A stretch of 64,000 nucleotides of DNA from the NCBI GenBank assembly GCA_043228905.1, contig JBHGNT010000004.1, positions 17,484,001-17,548,000 of the forward strand. The letters are read 5' to 3'. This stretch comes from Azolla caroliniana (taxonomy: Eukaryota > Plantae > Polypodiophyta). The notes under the pieces are model-generated. The model was not told the origin of the DNA, ran no database searches, and was given only the letters and a program-made list of their open reading frames with translations. Both the position numbers and the translations under genes were made by a program. Within the stretch, counting starts at the first letter, position 1; every line of letters begins with the position of its first letter. This document shows, one piece after another, positions 45,001-59,579 of the stretch.

Positions 45001-48000
45001 GAGCCATGTATTCATTTCCAGGGTGACTTTCTCGGGTATGCTTTGGAGGATAATATCTTCTCTTATGTCTTCTTTTGTAGCTATAATGTCTTCGGTAAGT
45101 AGGCGGTTATAGTAACTTGTGGCAATATTCCTCATTTCGTCGCCATCCTCCGTGGTCGTTCCATCCTCTCGGTTGAGGTTGTGCATCATAGTTCTAGCGT
45201 GCCTCGGGCCTTTGGAGCGGAAGAATTCCTTCGTGGTTTTGTCCTCTACTCGAATCCATCGCGCCATGCTTCCATGAAACTCCATGTCATATATTTCCTT
45301 TTCCGCCATGCTAAGTTCATGTTTGGTCGTGGCGACTTGTCCTGCGATCCAAATACATGACGAGTATCTCTGTTGGAGTTGTTGTAAGGCTATTAGTCCC
45401 CGTTTTGTCCTCTATCGCTTCTCCTGAGCATCCTTGCTTCTGGTCTTGACAATCTCATGTAGGAGAGTTGAAGCTCTTGTTAATTTAGCTAGAAGTTTGT
45501 CAGATGTTGATGAGTCATTGACGGGTAATGACCATTGGTTCGAGAGTTGGTCCTGCACCTCTATAAATGTGTAAATAGTGTGTGGGATGCGAGTATGGAA
45601 TGGGCCCCATTTTTGGTGCAATGGAAAATGACCAGCTACCGAGTAATGGTCAAAGAAAGTCCTGCTTGGAGTTATGTGACACCACCCTCCCTTCGCTTCT
45701 AGAGCCTCACCCACATAAATGCGGTCAATGCGAGATAGGGTGGGTCCACTATTCCACCCGTTTGATCGGGAGAATAGGAGAGAATCCCTTTTTCGTTGGA
45801 AGTTGTCAAAATGCCAGATGTCTCGTAGGTTAAGGTGGACACATAGCTTCTCCCATTGTTTATGTTCCCTTCCTTATAGAACTATGGGGTTGTTGTTGGA
45901 GCTATCGTGAATGGATTCGATCATATTAAAATCCCCTCCAATGCACCACTCTTCTGCACTCGCTACTTGTAGGCGGATGCGGTCCCAAAATGTTGCCCTT
46001 TCTGTTCTACTATTTGGAGCATAAACATTCATGAAGTTCCATCGTTGTCCTTGGATGGCCAACGTGCAAAAATATGCCCTACCAGGCAGGTATAAGTGAT
46101 TCCTAGTGTATTAAGCCTTGGGTTAGATGTTCCTGAATCAAAGTGCAAATACCACCATGATTTCCATCCTCCCCAATTGTTGGCTCCCAAATAGTTCGCC
46201 ATGATCTTGGTAGAAGGTCTCCAACTTCCTTTAATTGCGTGCTATCGAGGTGGTGTTCCTGCAACATGATGATGTCAACACCACTCCCTAGTAAATATTC
46301 TTCAAGATCCCTTCTCAGTTTCCATCTGTTTTGCTAGTCTAGTCTACTTCTAAGCCCTTGCACGTTCCATGTTACAATCTTCATACTCATGGAATGGGGT
46401 GGGAGATTGCCAGTTGTTCCTGGTGCTTTGCACAACAGGTCGTGAGTGGGGAGCACTCACCATTTAGACATCCAGTCATTTCAAGGGATGGAATGTTGTT
46501 CCAAATCCAAGAGTGGAGTTTGTGGGCTAACATGTGAGTTTCAATAGTCCCTTCTTGCTTCTTATAGAAATAAAAAGAAGTCTGGCGTTAGATGGGTGTT
46601 TATAAGAGTTCGCAAGTGGAGTGGCAGGGATGAGGTTCCTCTTCATCCATGGTGCACCAGTATTCTGTGTTATTCCAATGCTTCTTTAGTTTGTTCATGA
46701 GGGCTTCATCTCTTATTTTTGTGACAAAACAGGCTGCTTGACTGCATAGGGTATCTTTGATCTTGGACTTGGACCATTCCTCTTGTGCCGGAAGCAAGAG
46801 TGGAAAAGAAATTGAGCTCATCGGTACTCCATTCGTGTGTACCGCCGATACATGTACCCTTATTTTGTCCACTTTCGTGTGCCCTATATCGAGCCACTTC
46901 AAGGCATTTTGCGGGTGTGGTTCAAGGTCCTGGCTAGTTGTATCACACTCGTTTATGGCTAGGAAGGCTATGATCTGAGGAGTGATATTCAAAATATTGC
47001 CTTGATTTGTTGTTCTCCATTGGGTGCAGTTCCGTTAAAGCTCCGCATTAAGGTCTTAACATGACCGATCCTTCGTCGCTTCCCTGTTTTGTAAGCTTTA
47101 ACGAGAATTTTCTCTTGTGTGTTTGGAGTCACCTTGGGTCTTTCCTTGGGGCTTAAGAAAGCACTAGGGGTGGCGGTGTTCTCATTTGTGGGGGGGAGCT
47201 CTTGTAGTAGATAAAAACGATTGGGGCTCACTAGCAATGGAGGATTTTGTGACTGTGGAGTTTGACGTAGGACATGGGATTTCCCCACCACTCGCCATTC
47301 CATCACAACCTTATCTGGGGCGTGGTGGGGGAGGTTTTTGATGTCCTATGGTGTCCCGACCTTCCAAGGTCTCCATGGTGGGATCCTTAATGCGTCTCGT
47401 GGGGCAGTTCTTTTTTAAATGACCAAGCTTTTTGCATGCAAAACATTGTCTCGGTGCGCCGATCACTTCTATGCGTTGTTCAATCCGTATTCCGTTTTTC
47501 CCCAGAATGAGAATGTTGGAAGGAAGTTTGTTGATGTCATGCACCAAGAGGCGGATAGAGGGAAGGCCTAGGTGTTTCTTTAGCTTGTTTGCTAGCGTTA
47601 ATTCCTCGTCCAATATCATACCCAAGGAGTTTCCAATAGTAGGAAGTAACATATTGTATTCTAAGGATAATCCCAGAAACAACATTCTTACCTTTTTCAT
47701 GGAATCATCCTGTTGCGTGGCTTTCTCTAGGTTAAAACTGGGGGCCCACTTCTCGAATTGAGGGCACTTCTCAAACTAGGGGGGGGGGCGTGGAAACCCT
47801 TAGTGATTAGGGTGAAGTAGTGGCGGCAGGGAGGCTATGACGACACCGCCTGTGGGTCGTCTGCAGGAATGAGTAGAGAGAGGCTATTGTGCCCCACGTC
47901 TGCAGATCACCTCCTTGCGTTGGTGCGGTTCAAACCTGCACCGGCTCCGTTTCCGCACCTCCTGCTCCGCTGCTCAGGGTCTTTTGTTGAGGAGCTCGCG

Positions 48001-48079
48001 CCGCAGACCTCTGCCCTGCACTAGCGCACCGTTCCTCTGTTGCTGCTCTCGTTTAGCCTATCAAGACCTACGTTTATTT
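42055..48079 (-). mobile_element. Full-length decayed L1-type LINE
   Basis: ORF1 with CFACKKLGHLKKNC (47311-47700). ORF2 begins MKIVTWNVQGL (~46384), with APE IGGDFN, RT WRPITLLN / DFEKAYDR / RRGCPLAPSLF / EFADD (44200-44800) and C-terminal LWILWKQRC. Short A tail at 42060-42066. Direct repeat GTAATCCATAACT at 42042-42054 and 48080-48092. Confidence 0.9.
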
Positions 48080-50080
48080 GTAATCCATAACTTGTTGTTT
48101 GTATTCTACATTATCACAAAATATTTACTTTTTCACAAATATAACATATATGGCACAATCCCAAAATGTGGGTTTGTTCAATGGACTCATTATCTGAAGC
48201 TTGGATTATACGAAATGATTATTGAGGTTCCAAAGCAATCATTGTGTAAGTAGGAGAATAAGGTAATCTCTTAACAAATATCGTACTCCATGTATACAAA
48301 CTTCAAAGCATTTGCATTTGTACCTATATACTTTGATGGTTATCTTTAAGCTAAAATTAGTGTAATAAGCATAATTAATTATCTATTTTAACTATTAGTA
48401 TTTAAATGTAACTTCGATTTCTTGTTTATTTCTTAATTTAATATTAGTACAATACTTTCTCAACCAAAATATAGAGAGAAAGTCAATTATATTAATGTTG
48501 ATGTCTTGTTTTGGGAATTTTTTTTCGAGAAAACCCTAACTCAAACCCTCTTTTTTCTTTACAAATCCTCCTCTTTTCCCAATGTTCCCACGACTTCTCA
48601 ACATAGCCTCTCTAGTTTCTTTTTTTTATGGTTCCATTCCTTCCACCATTATCTCTTGAGCCTTGACATAGCAAGTAGTTGATCACTACCATGGCTTCAA
48701 AATGTTAGCAAAGATGGGCATATGTAACCCCCCACAAAAAGGGAAAAAAAAACTTTCCTTGGCTAAGATATCTTATTATTGTTCTCATGATGCCAACAAA
48801 GGAAGTCAATGTCATCTTTCTCTTGCCAAAATGCAACAAGTTGGAAGAGGAGAACAATATTAAAGCTTAAAAATGCTAAAGGTACTCAAATCAAAAGCCC
48901 TAGAAGGTAAGCTACACTACTTTGAGAAGTTAAAATAGTAATTTAGCATCAAACATAATCATGAAAGCCAAGGAAGAAACAAGATAATTTCTTACCAAAC
49001 AGATAACATCAATGCATGGCTTAAAGGAGGGTGGACTCAGTCAAACTTCAAATGAACAATTGTTGTCAATGAATAAGATAACGACAAACATTCTCAACCA
49101 TTATACCAATAAGTTATCCACTATGACCAAATGACAAATATGCTGAATTTTTTAATGTTTATGCCACTTAAAATGTTGGCAAATGGAGGAGAACTGTAAT
49201 AGTAGATAAGTTCACACACAAGGCTATTTGTTGATCAATACCTTTATTGGTTGATCAAGTGACATAAACCACATAGGAAAGCATGATGAATTCGATTTGC
49301 TCAACTCCTAGATCACCAATTGACAAGTCACAATAATGATTAGGTCAATTTGTTGCATGATTCAACATGTTGAAGCACATGGGTAAGCGTGATGCATTCC
49401 AACTTGTTTGGTAGTTAGATCAAGAGTAGTCTTGAGGAGGGTGAGATAGTGTGATGAGATGAAGACAAACCAATGCTACGACATAATTATGTGATTGAGC
49501 AACATTACTTGATGTTTGTTCATTGATATTGTAAAGCTATAAATAGATATTTGTAATAATTGAAAGCCTAAAGACAGTTTATGAAATTACCCAAAATTTC
49601 GAAAGCCTTGAAATGTTGTCAAGCGGGAGTGGAACGTGGGTTCAATTGAGATCTAGCCACACATCGTGCAAAACTTAAGGGAGGGGGGGGGGGGGGGTGA
49701 ATTGTTAATTTCTCTCCAAAACCGAAAGTAGATGCATGAACCGATTGCAATAATTCCGAGCCTAAATTGCTACTTTTGCTTCGAAGTAGAGGATCCATTT
49801 GCTCACCTAGCTCCAAATCAGAAGCCTGACAGTACGAATCAATTGAGTCGAGTGGCTCTACTATCGCACTTTGATCCTGAATGCATAATTGAGCCGTGCT
49901 GCTTATGCACATTGCATGTGTAATCTGCTCTTCTCCATTAATCACAGGCTTAGTGGGGGGTAAGTTTGGCTCTTAATGACGTGCTTAGTGTGCTCTTAAT
50001 CATGTGATTAGTGCGCTGTTAATTACGTACGTGTGTCTTTAAAATTGATTAAAAAACCTTTGATTCAATTTCTCTGAAAA

Positions 50081-50088
50081 TTTGGCGC
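50081..50088 (+). promoter_or_regulatory. Candidate E2F site upstream of the SNF2 gene
   Basis: TTTGGCGC matches the E2F consensus TTTSSCGS, just before the (CT)n-rich leader and ~230 bp upstream of the ATG. Confidence 0.4.
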
Positions 50089-50314
50089 CTTCGTCGCCAT
50101 CTCTCTCTCTCTCTCTCTCTGAAGCTGAAGCTGAAGCTGCAGCAGAAGAACTAACGAAGAAGACGAAGGTAGAGATCGTGGCCAATATCTTCATCCCCAC
50201 GCCATAGCCGGTCAATCCATCTTCTGCTCAAAGAAGAATTCAGTAGAAACCATTACCTGCGACTCTCTCTCTCTCTCAGACACCCATCCTCGTACACACG
50301 CTGTTCTCACATCC

Positions 50315-53300
50315 ATGGATATGAATCCTGTACTTCTCCATGAGCTCTCTGATGATGACGACGATGACTTTTGTGCTTCTCACAAGGTGAAAGTTTCTCG
50401 TGTCTTAGGCCCTCGTATTTGCTTCACAGGAGAACGTGGATCAGATGAAACGGAGAACAGCTATGGAAGCTTAGATGCAAGAAACTGTGAGATTATTGGA
50501 GCTAAATCTATTCCTTTATATGAATCATTCGTCATTCAAAGCAAGGCAAAGAACAAAGCTTTAGATGAAGACGAAGATCTTCAAACTCTCGTACTGAGGA
50601 AGCGGAAAGCAAGAACATACGTTTTGGAGGACAGTGACGAAGAAAATTTCAGGCCTTCCCGAAACAAACATGAAGAAATCCAGCGAAAAGCTAGAAACAT
50701 ACCGATGCTGAAGCAGACCGTTGTTATTGATATCACTGATGAAGAAGAGTCCGGTGTTGCTCAAAAGAAAGCTGTAGAAGTGACAGGAGAGTTCAGAAAC
50801 TTACAGAAGAAACGTGAAGGAGTAATCTCTGAAGAGTTTAGAAACGTAATGGTGAATCAGGATTTGGTTATTGACGATAGTGATGATGGAGAATTCGAAC
50901 CTGTACAAATGAAACTTAAGGGAACGTCAGGAAATTTTAGAAACGCGATCATGAAGCAGAATGCAGTTGTTCATGACAGTGATAGAGAGTTTGGGCCTGT
51001 ATTGATGAAACGTAAAGAAACGCCAGGAGGGTTTAGAAACGTAAAGATGAACCAGAATAATGTGGACAATGATGAAGCCATAGCTAGAATGATCCAGGAA
51101 GAAGAGGATCTTACAGAGTTTGGTTCTTTAATATGCACTCAAGATGAAGAGACGGAGTCTCAGGTAGACCTCATAAAAAAAACACTGCAAAAATGTGATG
51201 AAATTGCTGCATCTTTAAGGAAAGAGCTGAACGTTGGAGGTTCAATCACAGATTCTGGAGGGTGTCATATGGATAGCTATGCTGAAGTAGATCCTTCAGC
51301 AGCAAAAATTGTCACACAGGTGTGATAAATCAGGTCCATCTCAGGTCCATCTTATACTATGTCAATTCTTTTACTATATTGAATCTTATACTGTTAAAGC
51401 AATGTGTCCTTCGAGTAGCTTTGACGTGAATCATTTTCCTATGGATGGGCACTTTTTACTCTAGAGCTGCCTAGAGGTTTTTTCCCCATGTACCCACATA
51501 TACATGATATACTCATATGTGGTGGTACAAAGTAATTAGGAAGTTAGGGCTTTACATATAGCACTCACACTCATACTTACTGTTGTTGTTCTCTTCATCA
51601 ATCTAGAGCTCTTCCAGCCATCTTATTTCCTTTGTGTGATCTCCTTCTCATGTTCTGTGTGTGCTTCTATTCGTGATCACTCATTTTCTCATACCTATCG
51701 TGTAGTTTTTTGGATCTCATACTATGAGCCATGTCCTAGTGCATTTTAGTAGTGTTACGTTAGATTTTTCATTTTTCAAAAAATATTCTCATCCTCATTT
51801 CCATGTTTTGATAAATTTGGCAGCTTCTATGATCTCTTAAGCTAGAAGAGAAATTGTGGTGTCTGTGAATATTGAAGCTTTGATCAATACTGTGTTGAAC
51901 CATGTTATTTCAAGGCATTGTTCTAAGATCTTATTATCTGCTCATTTTTAGTCAGACGTGTGTGCTGCTTGTCAAATTAAAGAAAATTATGTACAACTAA
52001 TTTTGAAGCCCTATCAATTGGTGGGAGTGAATTTTTTGATGCTACTATACCGCAAGAAGGTTGGAGGAGGTATGCCCTCAAAATTTTATTCATAAATTAT
52101 AAGTATGGATGAAACTTATATATGATGTTTCAGATCAGTATGAATTTTCATAATCTTGAATAATAGGTATACACAATTCATAGAAATATAGTGCAAGCTG
52201 TACTCATTTCAAATGTCGAAATAAAATGCCATAAACTTACAAATTAAAAGGCATTGTTCAAGTTTTGAATGAGTAATGCAAAATAAGTTCAGATACATCT
52301 GTCTTTACTTACATATTAATCATAGTTCAAAGTAACCGAAAGAAATTGGCCAGGCAAATATTGCCAATGTGTTAGGAGCTACAGGATTGAAGTTGTGAAT
52401 CAAATAATGATGCACCAATGACAGGTGAATCATGGCTAGATCAAAACTGTCGTAACACGATCCTTGTAAGACCACCTAAATTAGAAAATTAGAAGTCATA
52501 ATGCAAACTGTGCATGCTCCTGATTCTCTGGAATCTGTAGGTGACTCTGAGTAAGAAGATAAAAATGTTGTGAGTTGCTGAACTGCTCATAGAAGCAACA
52601 TTGTGCTGCTTTGCTGTGAGAGGGGGTTTGATATATGTATGATGCAGGTTCATAGTAGATAAGATTGTGGGAAATAGAGGGAGATCGCCATTTGGAAAAA
52701 ATTCCAGAAACTTACAATGCAACTTGCAACTCATCATGCAACACTTAGCAAAATAATACTGATACTAATGTATGTGTATGTATCTATGTCTACCAAGGTG
52801 ACTAGATGTATGCGTGTTCATCTGTATAAACATGTAATTTTATAGATGCACGCATGTAAATGAACACATCTATGTATTTGTGAATGCACACATGTATTCC
52901 CTAGACTTCAAATTGAGGTGTTCTTATTTTATCTAATCATATTGAGAGCTATAATCTGGAGTTCACTTCCATTTGCAAGTATTCTTCGTAATATCTGCAG
53001 TGTGAGATAGTTTTCTGTTGCTCTAATTGCAGCTATTCTTGCCGATGAAATGGGTCTAGGGAAGACGATCCAGGTATATTGCAAGTGTGAAGCGGCTGGA
53101 AATACTAGGAACAATGGTGAATTCTTTTGAGAATTAAATACTGATCAGAATGCCATGAATACTTGACAGGCAATTTCATTTTTGGCTGTTCTCAATCACT
53201 TAGACAGAGACCCAGGTCCACATTTGGTAATTTGCCCAGCTTCCCTGCTAGAGAATTGGTCAAGAGAACTCAAGAAATGGTGCTCACATTTTTCAGTAGT

Positions 53301-56300
53301 TTCCTACCATGGATCTGAACGATCTGCACTATTTAAGGAGTTGAACCGTATTGCCAAGGCAGGAAAGCCTGCACCATTCAATGTAATGCTTACATGCTAT
53401 TCACTTTTTGAAAGACAGAGGTACATTAACTTGTAATATTTGAGCTTTATAGGATAATAGGAAACTTATGCTATTGAAACAAACACATATTTTATGTTGT
53501 TTGCTATCAGTGCCCAGCAAAAGGATGATAGAAAGCTTTTGAGACGGTTTAAATGGAGTTGTATACTTATGGATGAAGCTCACTTACTAAAAGATAGAGA
53601 CAGCAGTAGAAGGAAACACCTCTGGGCGTTAGCACAGAAAGCCAAGCAGCGTCTTCTTCTTACAGGAACTCCACTTCAAAATGATCTTCAGGTAAAAAAT
53701 GTAAGGCTTGCTTTCAGGTTCATCAAACATTACAACTTGGAATGTGATTCATTGTCTTGGCTGTTACAGGAACTGTGGTCTTTACTGGAGTTTATGTTAC
53801 CAGATATCTTTGATTCCGGTGATATTGACTTGAAGGAGATTTTTGGGAACAGAACAACTAGTGACAACCAAATGGACAATGTGGACCTAATAACTCGTAT
53901 AAAAGCCATACTTGGACCCTTTGTTCTGAGGCGTTTGAAGTCAGATGTTATGCAGCAGCTTGTGGCAAAGACTCAGAAGGTAGTTTATGTTATTTTTCAA
54001 GCATATATATTAATTCAGACTATCAAAGAAGAGCTCCTAAATCGTGCATTTGCAGATTGAAGCACTGGAAATGACAATAGATCAAGCTGAAGCTTACAAG
54101 GAAGCACTTGAAGAATACAGGGCAACAGCACGACTGGCACAGTCGGGTCGAGCAGCATCTAAGGAACTAACAAATGCTGTTAAACTTCTTCCGAGACGTC
54201 AAGTATCTAATTACTTTACACAGTTCCGAAAGGTATGCTATGGCTATTTCAGGTTTAGGCTATGTTGCATTTATCGATTCACACATCAAACCTTGTGAGG
54301 TGGGCTCACTATATGTTTTTGTCCATCACAGATAGCTAACCATCCTTTACTTCTAAGAAGAATCTACACTGATGCTGATGTTGATAGTTTGGCAAAGGCA
54401 TTGCATCTGAGGGGCGCTTTTGGATTTGAATGCACCTTGGAACGTGTCAGGGAGGAGCTGATGTCTTACAGTGATTATGCATTGCATAAGGTAAGCTCAG
54501 AATTTAAATTTTTTTGTTTTTAGAAAACATGCTTCTGTTGATTCAGACATGCTTCTGTTTCCTTTTTTGTTGTTTGGCGGCCAATTTGTATGGAAAGGAC
54601 GCATTTCAATATTAGAATTTACTACTAGTGTCTCAGTGTTAGAGGCTTTTAGGTCAACTTTTCCTTTCTTCTTTGCTTGATCTAATTTTCTGGATGGACG
54701 CCTTTAGGAATAAGAGTGTATGCTTACATTTTGATTTTTCTTGGTCAACTTTTGTAGTACTTGGGCTATTGACAATATGACAAATGAGGGTTAAGAGTTA
54801 GAAGATGATCTTTTGCCTCAAAAATAAACTTTTCAACAAATGCAAATGCATCAAGGGTATCATGATGTGAGGGCTCTACTTCAATTTGTGCATATTTCTT
54901 TTTCTTTTGCTTGGTTCACCCTTGTGTATTTGCTTGTCTCATGAAGTTATTTTGAATTGATGATTAGATGGTAGATTTATGAACTGTGAAGATTTTCTTT
55001 TCTTATCATTGTATGCGAGTAACTATTCTTTCTGCTTAGTTTGAACCTACTGTTCTATTTAAGGGTAGTCTGATTGTAAGCACTTGACTGGATATTGCCA
55101 TATTCTGACACGTTGCAGATACGTGTCATGCACATATTTAGTTGAGTTGAAGGACATGTTTTCAACATTCCTCTAGTATTTCTTTTTTCTGTCTGTTCAT
55201 CGAAACCTGCTGTTCCAGTACATGCAAATTGGATCCAAGCAATTAATTGAGTAGATGTTTTCATTTCCATATCTAGGTTTGTTCTAGGATGTATGGTTTT
55301 TTCATCTAGTATTAATACAGATACATTCTCTTTGTCAAGCAATGTCATAGTATTGAAGATGCCTAATTGAATGTTGGCTTTGTGAAGGCAGCGCCTCCAA
55401 AATTCCACTTAATTGTCCTTTCTATTTCTTGCATTTTGGGTTGATTTATTCTATATTATGGTGTTTAAAATTGGGTGCTTAAAGAAATCATTGATCCAGC
55501 CAGAAAATGTACAGCTATGAGTGGCGAAAAATGAAATGTCCTTCACATTCTTAGTATGTGTAAACCTAAAGCTTTCCTAATGCTCTGATTTACTGAACCC
55601 AACATGATTACCTGCGACAACAGTTTGGCCCCCTATACTTTCCCTGCTGCATTTGAGATATCATATGATCTTTCTTCTGCTTTTGTGTGGCAATGCTTTC
55701 TACATTTTTAATGGTAGAACTCTCTTCGTGAGATTAGGTGTGATTTAACTGTGGCATTTTTAGATCTCAGAATCATATGGAGGACTTGGACAGCGAGGAG
55801 TTCTCAGCAACAGTTACGCCCTTGAATCTGCAAAATGTCAGGTGGTTTTCTTTTCGTGTTGAAGGCTGCCGCCTGTTCTATTGAGAGATAATGGGACTGA
55901 CCATGAGTCATTGTTCCAGGCATTATCAAAGCTTCTTCCAAAGTTGAAAAAGGAAGCTCATCGAGTACTTATTTTCAGTCAATGGACTGGAATGATGGAT
56001 ATTCTTGAATGGGCTTTGGATGTTATGGAGCTCGAATATACACGATTAGATGGAAGGTGATGAAAAATATGTTTTATAGTCTTAGCTTTAATAGTGAAAG
56101 AAATGCTTTAACAAATGTGTATCCTGATAATTACATTCACGATTTTCCATGTGTTAGCTCACAACATAGTGGAATAAGAGCAATAAATTTAGGTTTCCCT
56201 TTAGGGTCCTTTCTCATGTTTCACATTAGTGAGTTTTATTTCTGGTGAAACACATTTTTGTGACTATGGCCGTAAGTGGTCTCATTTGGATCTGATCTAG

Positions 56301-57425
56301 TGCAACACAGCATATTGTGCATATTCCCACCTTTGAAGCCACAATTTAACTCCATGTAAGTTATAAGACATTATTTTTGCGAATGTTAAGACTGCTGACA
56401 GTTCATGCAACTCATTTATACACCCCTTCAATATTATGAGCACAGGTTTCGGTAGATGATGCAAAATGAAACAAGATTATGACTCTGACTGGGTGCGATG
56501 CATTCTATCTTTGTCACCATTACCATTATTATTGGCCCTAAGAAACTGCTTTTTCATGTCATTCCTTTCTATACGCCATCTGTCTCCATTGCCCTAAGTA
56601 TGTAATATTATTATTCGAAGCCCATCCACTGTACATTTTTGCAAATGTGCTGAAAGTGCAGAAATGCTTGATTTTGGATGTGGCGACTAAATTTGTATAT
56701 GTATATGTATGTATTTATACATTATTATGCAGTACACCAGTGGCAGAGCGTCAAAATATTATTGATGATTACAACAATGATCTTGATATATTTGCATGTT
56801 TGCTATCTACACGAGCTGGGGGTCAAGGCCTGAACTTGACGGGCGCTGATACAGTCATTATTCATGATATGGACTTCAATCCACAAATGGATAGACAAGC
56901 AGAGGATCGTTGTCATCGCATTGGACAGACAAAGCCTGTCACCGTGTACAGGTAAGATCTATAAGGGGTATTCTGGAATTTCGTGTAATTTCCCAAATGC
57001 CCAGTTGTTTTTGTTATTTTGCAAAGTGCTCATGTCAGTCCCCTCTTAAGCAATTATATGGTCTGTATTTCCTCGTTCTCTCATCTGGGGGGTTGACAAG
57101 AGGCATATGGAGAAATAAAGAACATGGGCACGTAACGGGGAAATAAAGAATATAGCAATATTTCAGAGATTTCTACCAATCTATAAGTGTGGTTCCACAA
57201 GTTTATTTATTTTCCCTGATCTTTTATCTGAATGTATTGTCAACGACCAGGCTTGTCACAAAGGGGACTGTTGATGAGGATATATATAGCATTGCGAAGC
57301 GGAAGTTAATTCTTGACGCTGCTGTTTTAGAAACAGGAACAGAAGTGGATGACAACAATAATGAAAATGAAGTCCTTAGGATGGGTGCTATATTGTCTGC
57401 AATTCTTGATGCAGCACCATCATAA
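50315..57425 (+). CDS. CHR19: SNF2-family chromatin remodeler, ETL1/CHR19 (SMARCAD1/Fun30) type; 12 exons: 50315-51319, 51952-52069, 53033-53073, 53170-53420, 53511-53691, 53770-53979, 54056-54232, 54332-54490, 55764-55841, 55920-56056, 56733-56951, 57251-57425
   Basis: All introns are GT-AG and frame-consistent. Motifs [88 protein letters not shown] and [13 protein letters not shown]; the last, with GAFGFECT, fits the ETL1/Fun30 subfamily. Confidence 0.93.
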
Positions 57426-59227
57426 GACCAATGTGTGATATTAGGTTTTCCATTTTGACTATGACAATGTTTGAATAAGCAGCAGGCATATATCTGCATT
57501 TCTTCAAGGCAATAAACTGATCCTCGCAAGTATGAAGGAGGGCAAGAACTGAAAAGACTAGAGTTCTTAAAGGCTGGGAGATCTTGAAAGTATATTAATA
57601 ATCCTAGAGAATCCAATTATGTTTCAAAAGGGCTTTATGGAAGGGTAATTAACTCAAGACAGAATCTGCAGTCCGACTTACCATATTCATACTTAAAGCA
57701 GCACTACAGTTTTCACTCCGCATCTGGCAGTGTCCTGGTGCTTGATGGGGATGAATGTGGTTAACTCCAGTGACTTGTACCACATTGTTCAATGTCAAGT
57801 GCAAATGAGAAATGTATGGTGAAAAGGTAGGCACTTGAATGGTTACTGGAATACCAGCTCTTTCGATTTGGATGTGGTTCTCAGAATAAAAAGCCTATAT
57901 GAGCATATGATAAATGTAAGAGAGATGATGGGTTTATGCCATAGTCACCTTTCAACACATCATGGATTGCATTGCGCGATGCTTGGAGTTTGTAATAGCA
58001 CGCACACACGCACACATATATAGAGAGAGGCAAGGAATTTAGGACCTTTAGATGAGAAGACACTTGGTGAGGAATGGGCAGAGCCCACATACAATTTCTG
58101 AAATTCAAAGAAGCTCCACATGCTTGATGTTTATATAACTTCCCATGGGCAATTATGGATTTTTAACATGCTTTTGTTTTCTTTCTGCATGGGACATTTT
58201 AGATACTAAACTCGTGTTTGATCCTTGGCGAACTTGATATAACCATCGTTCTCTGTATCTTTTTCATTTAGGTGTTGTATCAAATTATGATATAGTTAAG
58301 TGCATTATTGTGGTTCTAATTCCTAGACACTAGAGCTATCATCGTGTAGCCTTATGGGGTCAAGAAACTAAATGTTCTCAATAAGGTGAATGAAGATTAT
58401 TATCATCTCTCCCTTGTTGTTTGGCTCAATTGACATGAGGTTGGTATTTGTAGATGGCTCAATAGGTTAATTTGCGTGATCTTGACTCAGAAACAATATC
58501 GTTCTAGTTTAGTGTGTTAGAGCGATGTTATGTAGGTCGTAGTCATTGTGATTGTGATGAATCACCAGGAAAGATTGTAGAAGTAAATGATTAAGGGAAG
58601 TGATGGTTGGGGTAAAGAGGAGGGTTTATGTGAAATAGATACAGAAGAGGATGAACTGAAATTTAAATACTTTTATAACTTGAATATATCAATTTACACC
58701 ACTTAAAAATCATTTTGAGAATGTGAGATCACATAACTTGCACCTCTCGTGTATGTGTAAGGAGAGAGATTCTAATTCTCGTGATGGCAAAATCTCTTGT
58801 GATAGGCTATTCCCCTTTCTCTTTGTTCGTTATCACCTTCCTTTGTTTTCCTTGTCAAAGGCAACTCTTCCTTTTCTCCCTCTTTATTCTCCCTTACCAA
58901 TATCACTATCTGCTTCTTCCTCCTCACTTTACACTCTTGCTCCCTAATGCTATTGCTGGCCTCTTCTTGCCATTCCTTAATTTCTTCCTTTGTTTTGTTT
59001 TGTTCATTTGTTGGTCCCCTCCCTGCCCCAAGTGGTTTTTATATAGGTTACTCACCACCCTCATTGGGGTGGTTAAGATGCTTCTAGGCTTCTCTAGTAC
59101 TTTTGAGAAGTTTCAAGAACCTTCTTTTAACAACTTCAAAAATGGTTATATTCAATTTTGGGCCAATCATTCCCTCAAATTATACATATGGCATTATATA
59201 TAGGGCCTATATTAATACTAACAATCG

Positions 59228-59430
59228 GCAATGGTTCGGTTCGTTTCGGGTTGAGAGTGTCAAACTCAAACCATTTAAAAAACTTGAAACTTAAACTGAA
59301 CCATGAAACCATTCGAAATCTTTTTAACCAAAACCGTTCAAACCGAACCATTACAAAAAATCCAAATGGTTTTAGAGAATTTCAAACCATTAAACCATTA
59401 AAACCGTGGTTTTGCAGTTTGGTTTCAAAT
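59228..59430. repeat. AACCG/CGGTT-rich MITE-like relic
   Basis: GGTTCGGTTCG...AAACCGTTCAAACCGAACC...AAACCGTGGTTT motif cluster typical of DNA-transposon subterminal regions. No TIR or TSD resolved. Confidence 0.35.
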
Positions 59431-59579
59431 TGCAAGTTAGATCAAAATTCAAAAATTCAAAAATTTCAATATGTCAAATTTTAATGATTTTTCCTAAAAT
59501 GTCAGAACTAGGCTTTACAATGAAAAGGTTGCTCAAAAAATATTTAAGAAACTTTTGCTTACTCTGTAAAATTAGTTAG

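Noticed and set aside
54491-55763. ORF 55055-55408 (minus) as a nested gene
   Set aside because: It lies within intron 8 of the SNF2 gene, is AT-rich and shows no motif; consistent with chance.
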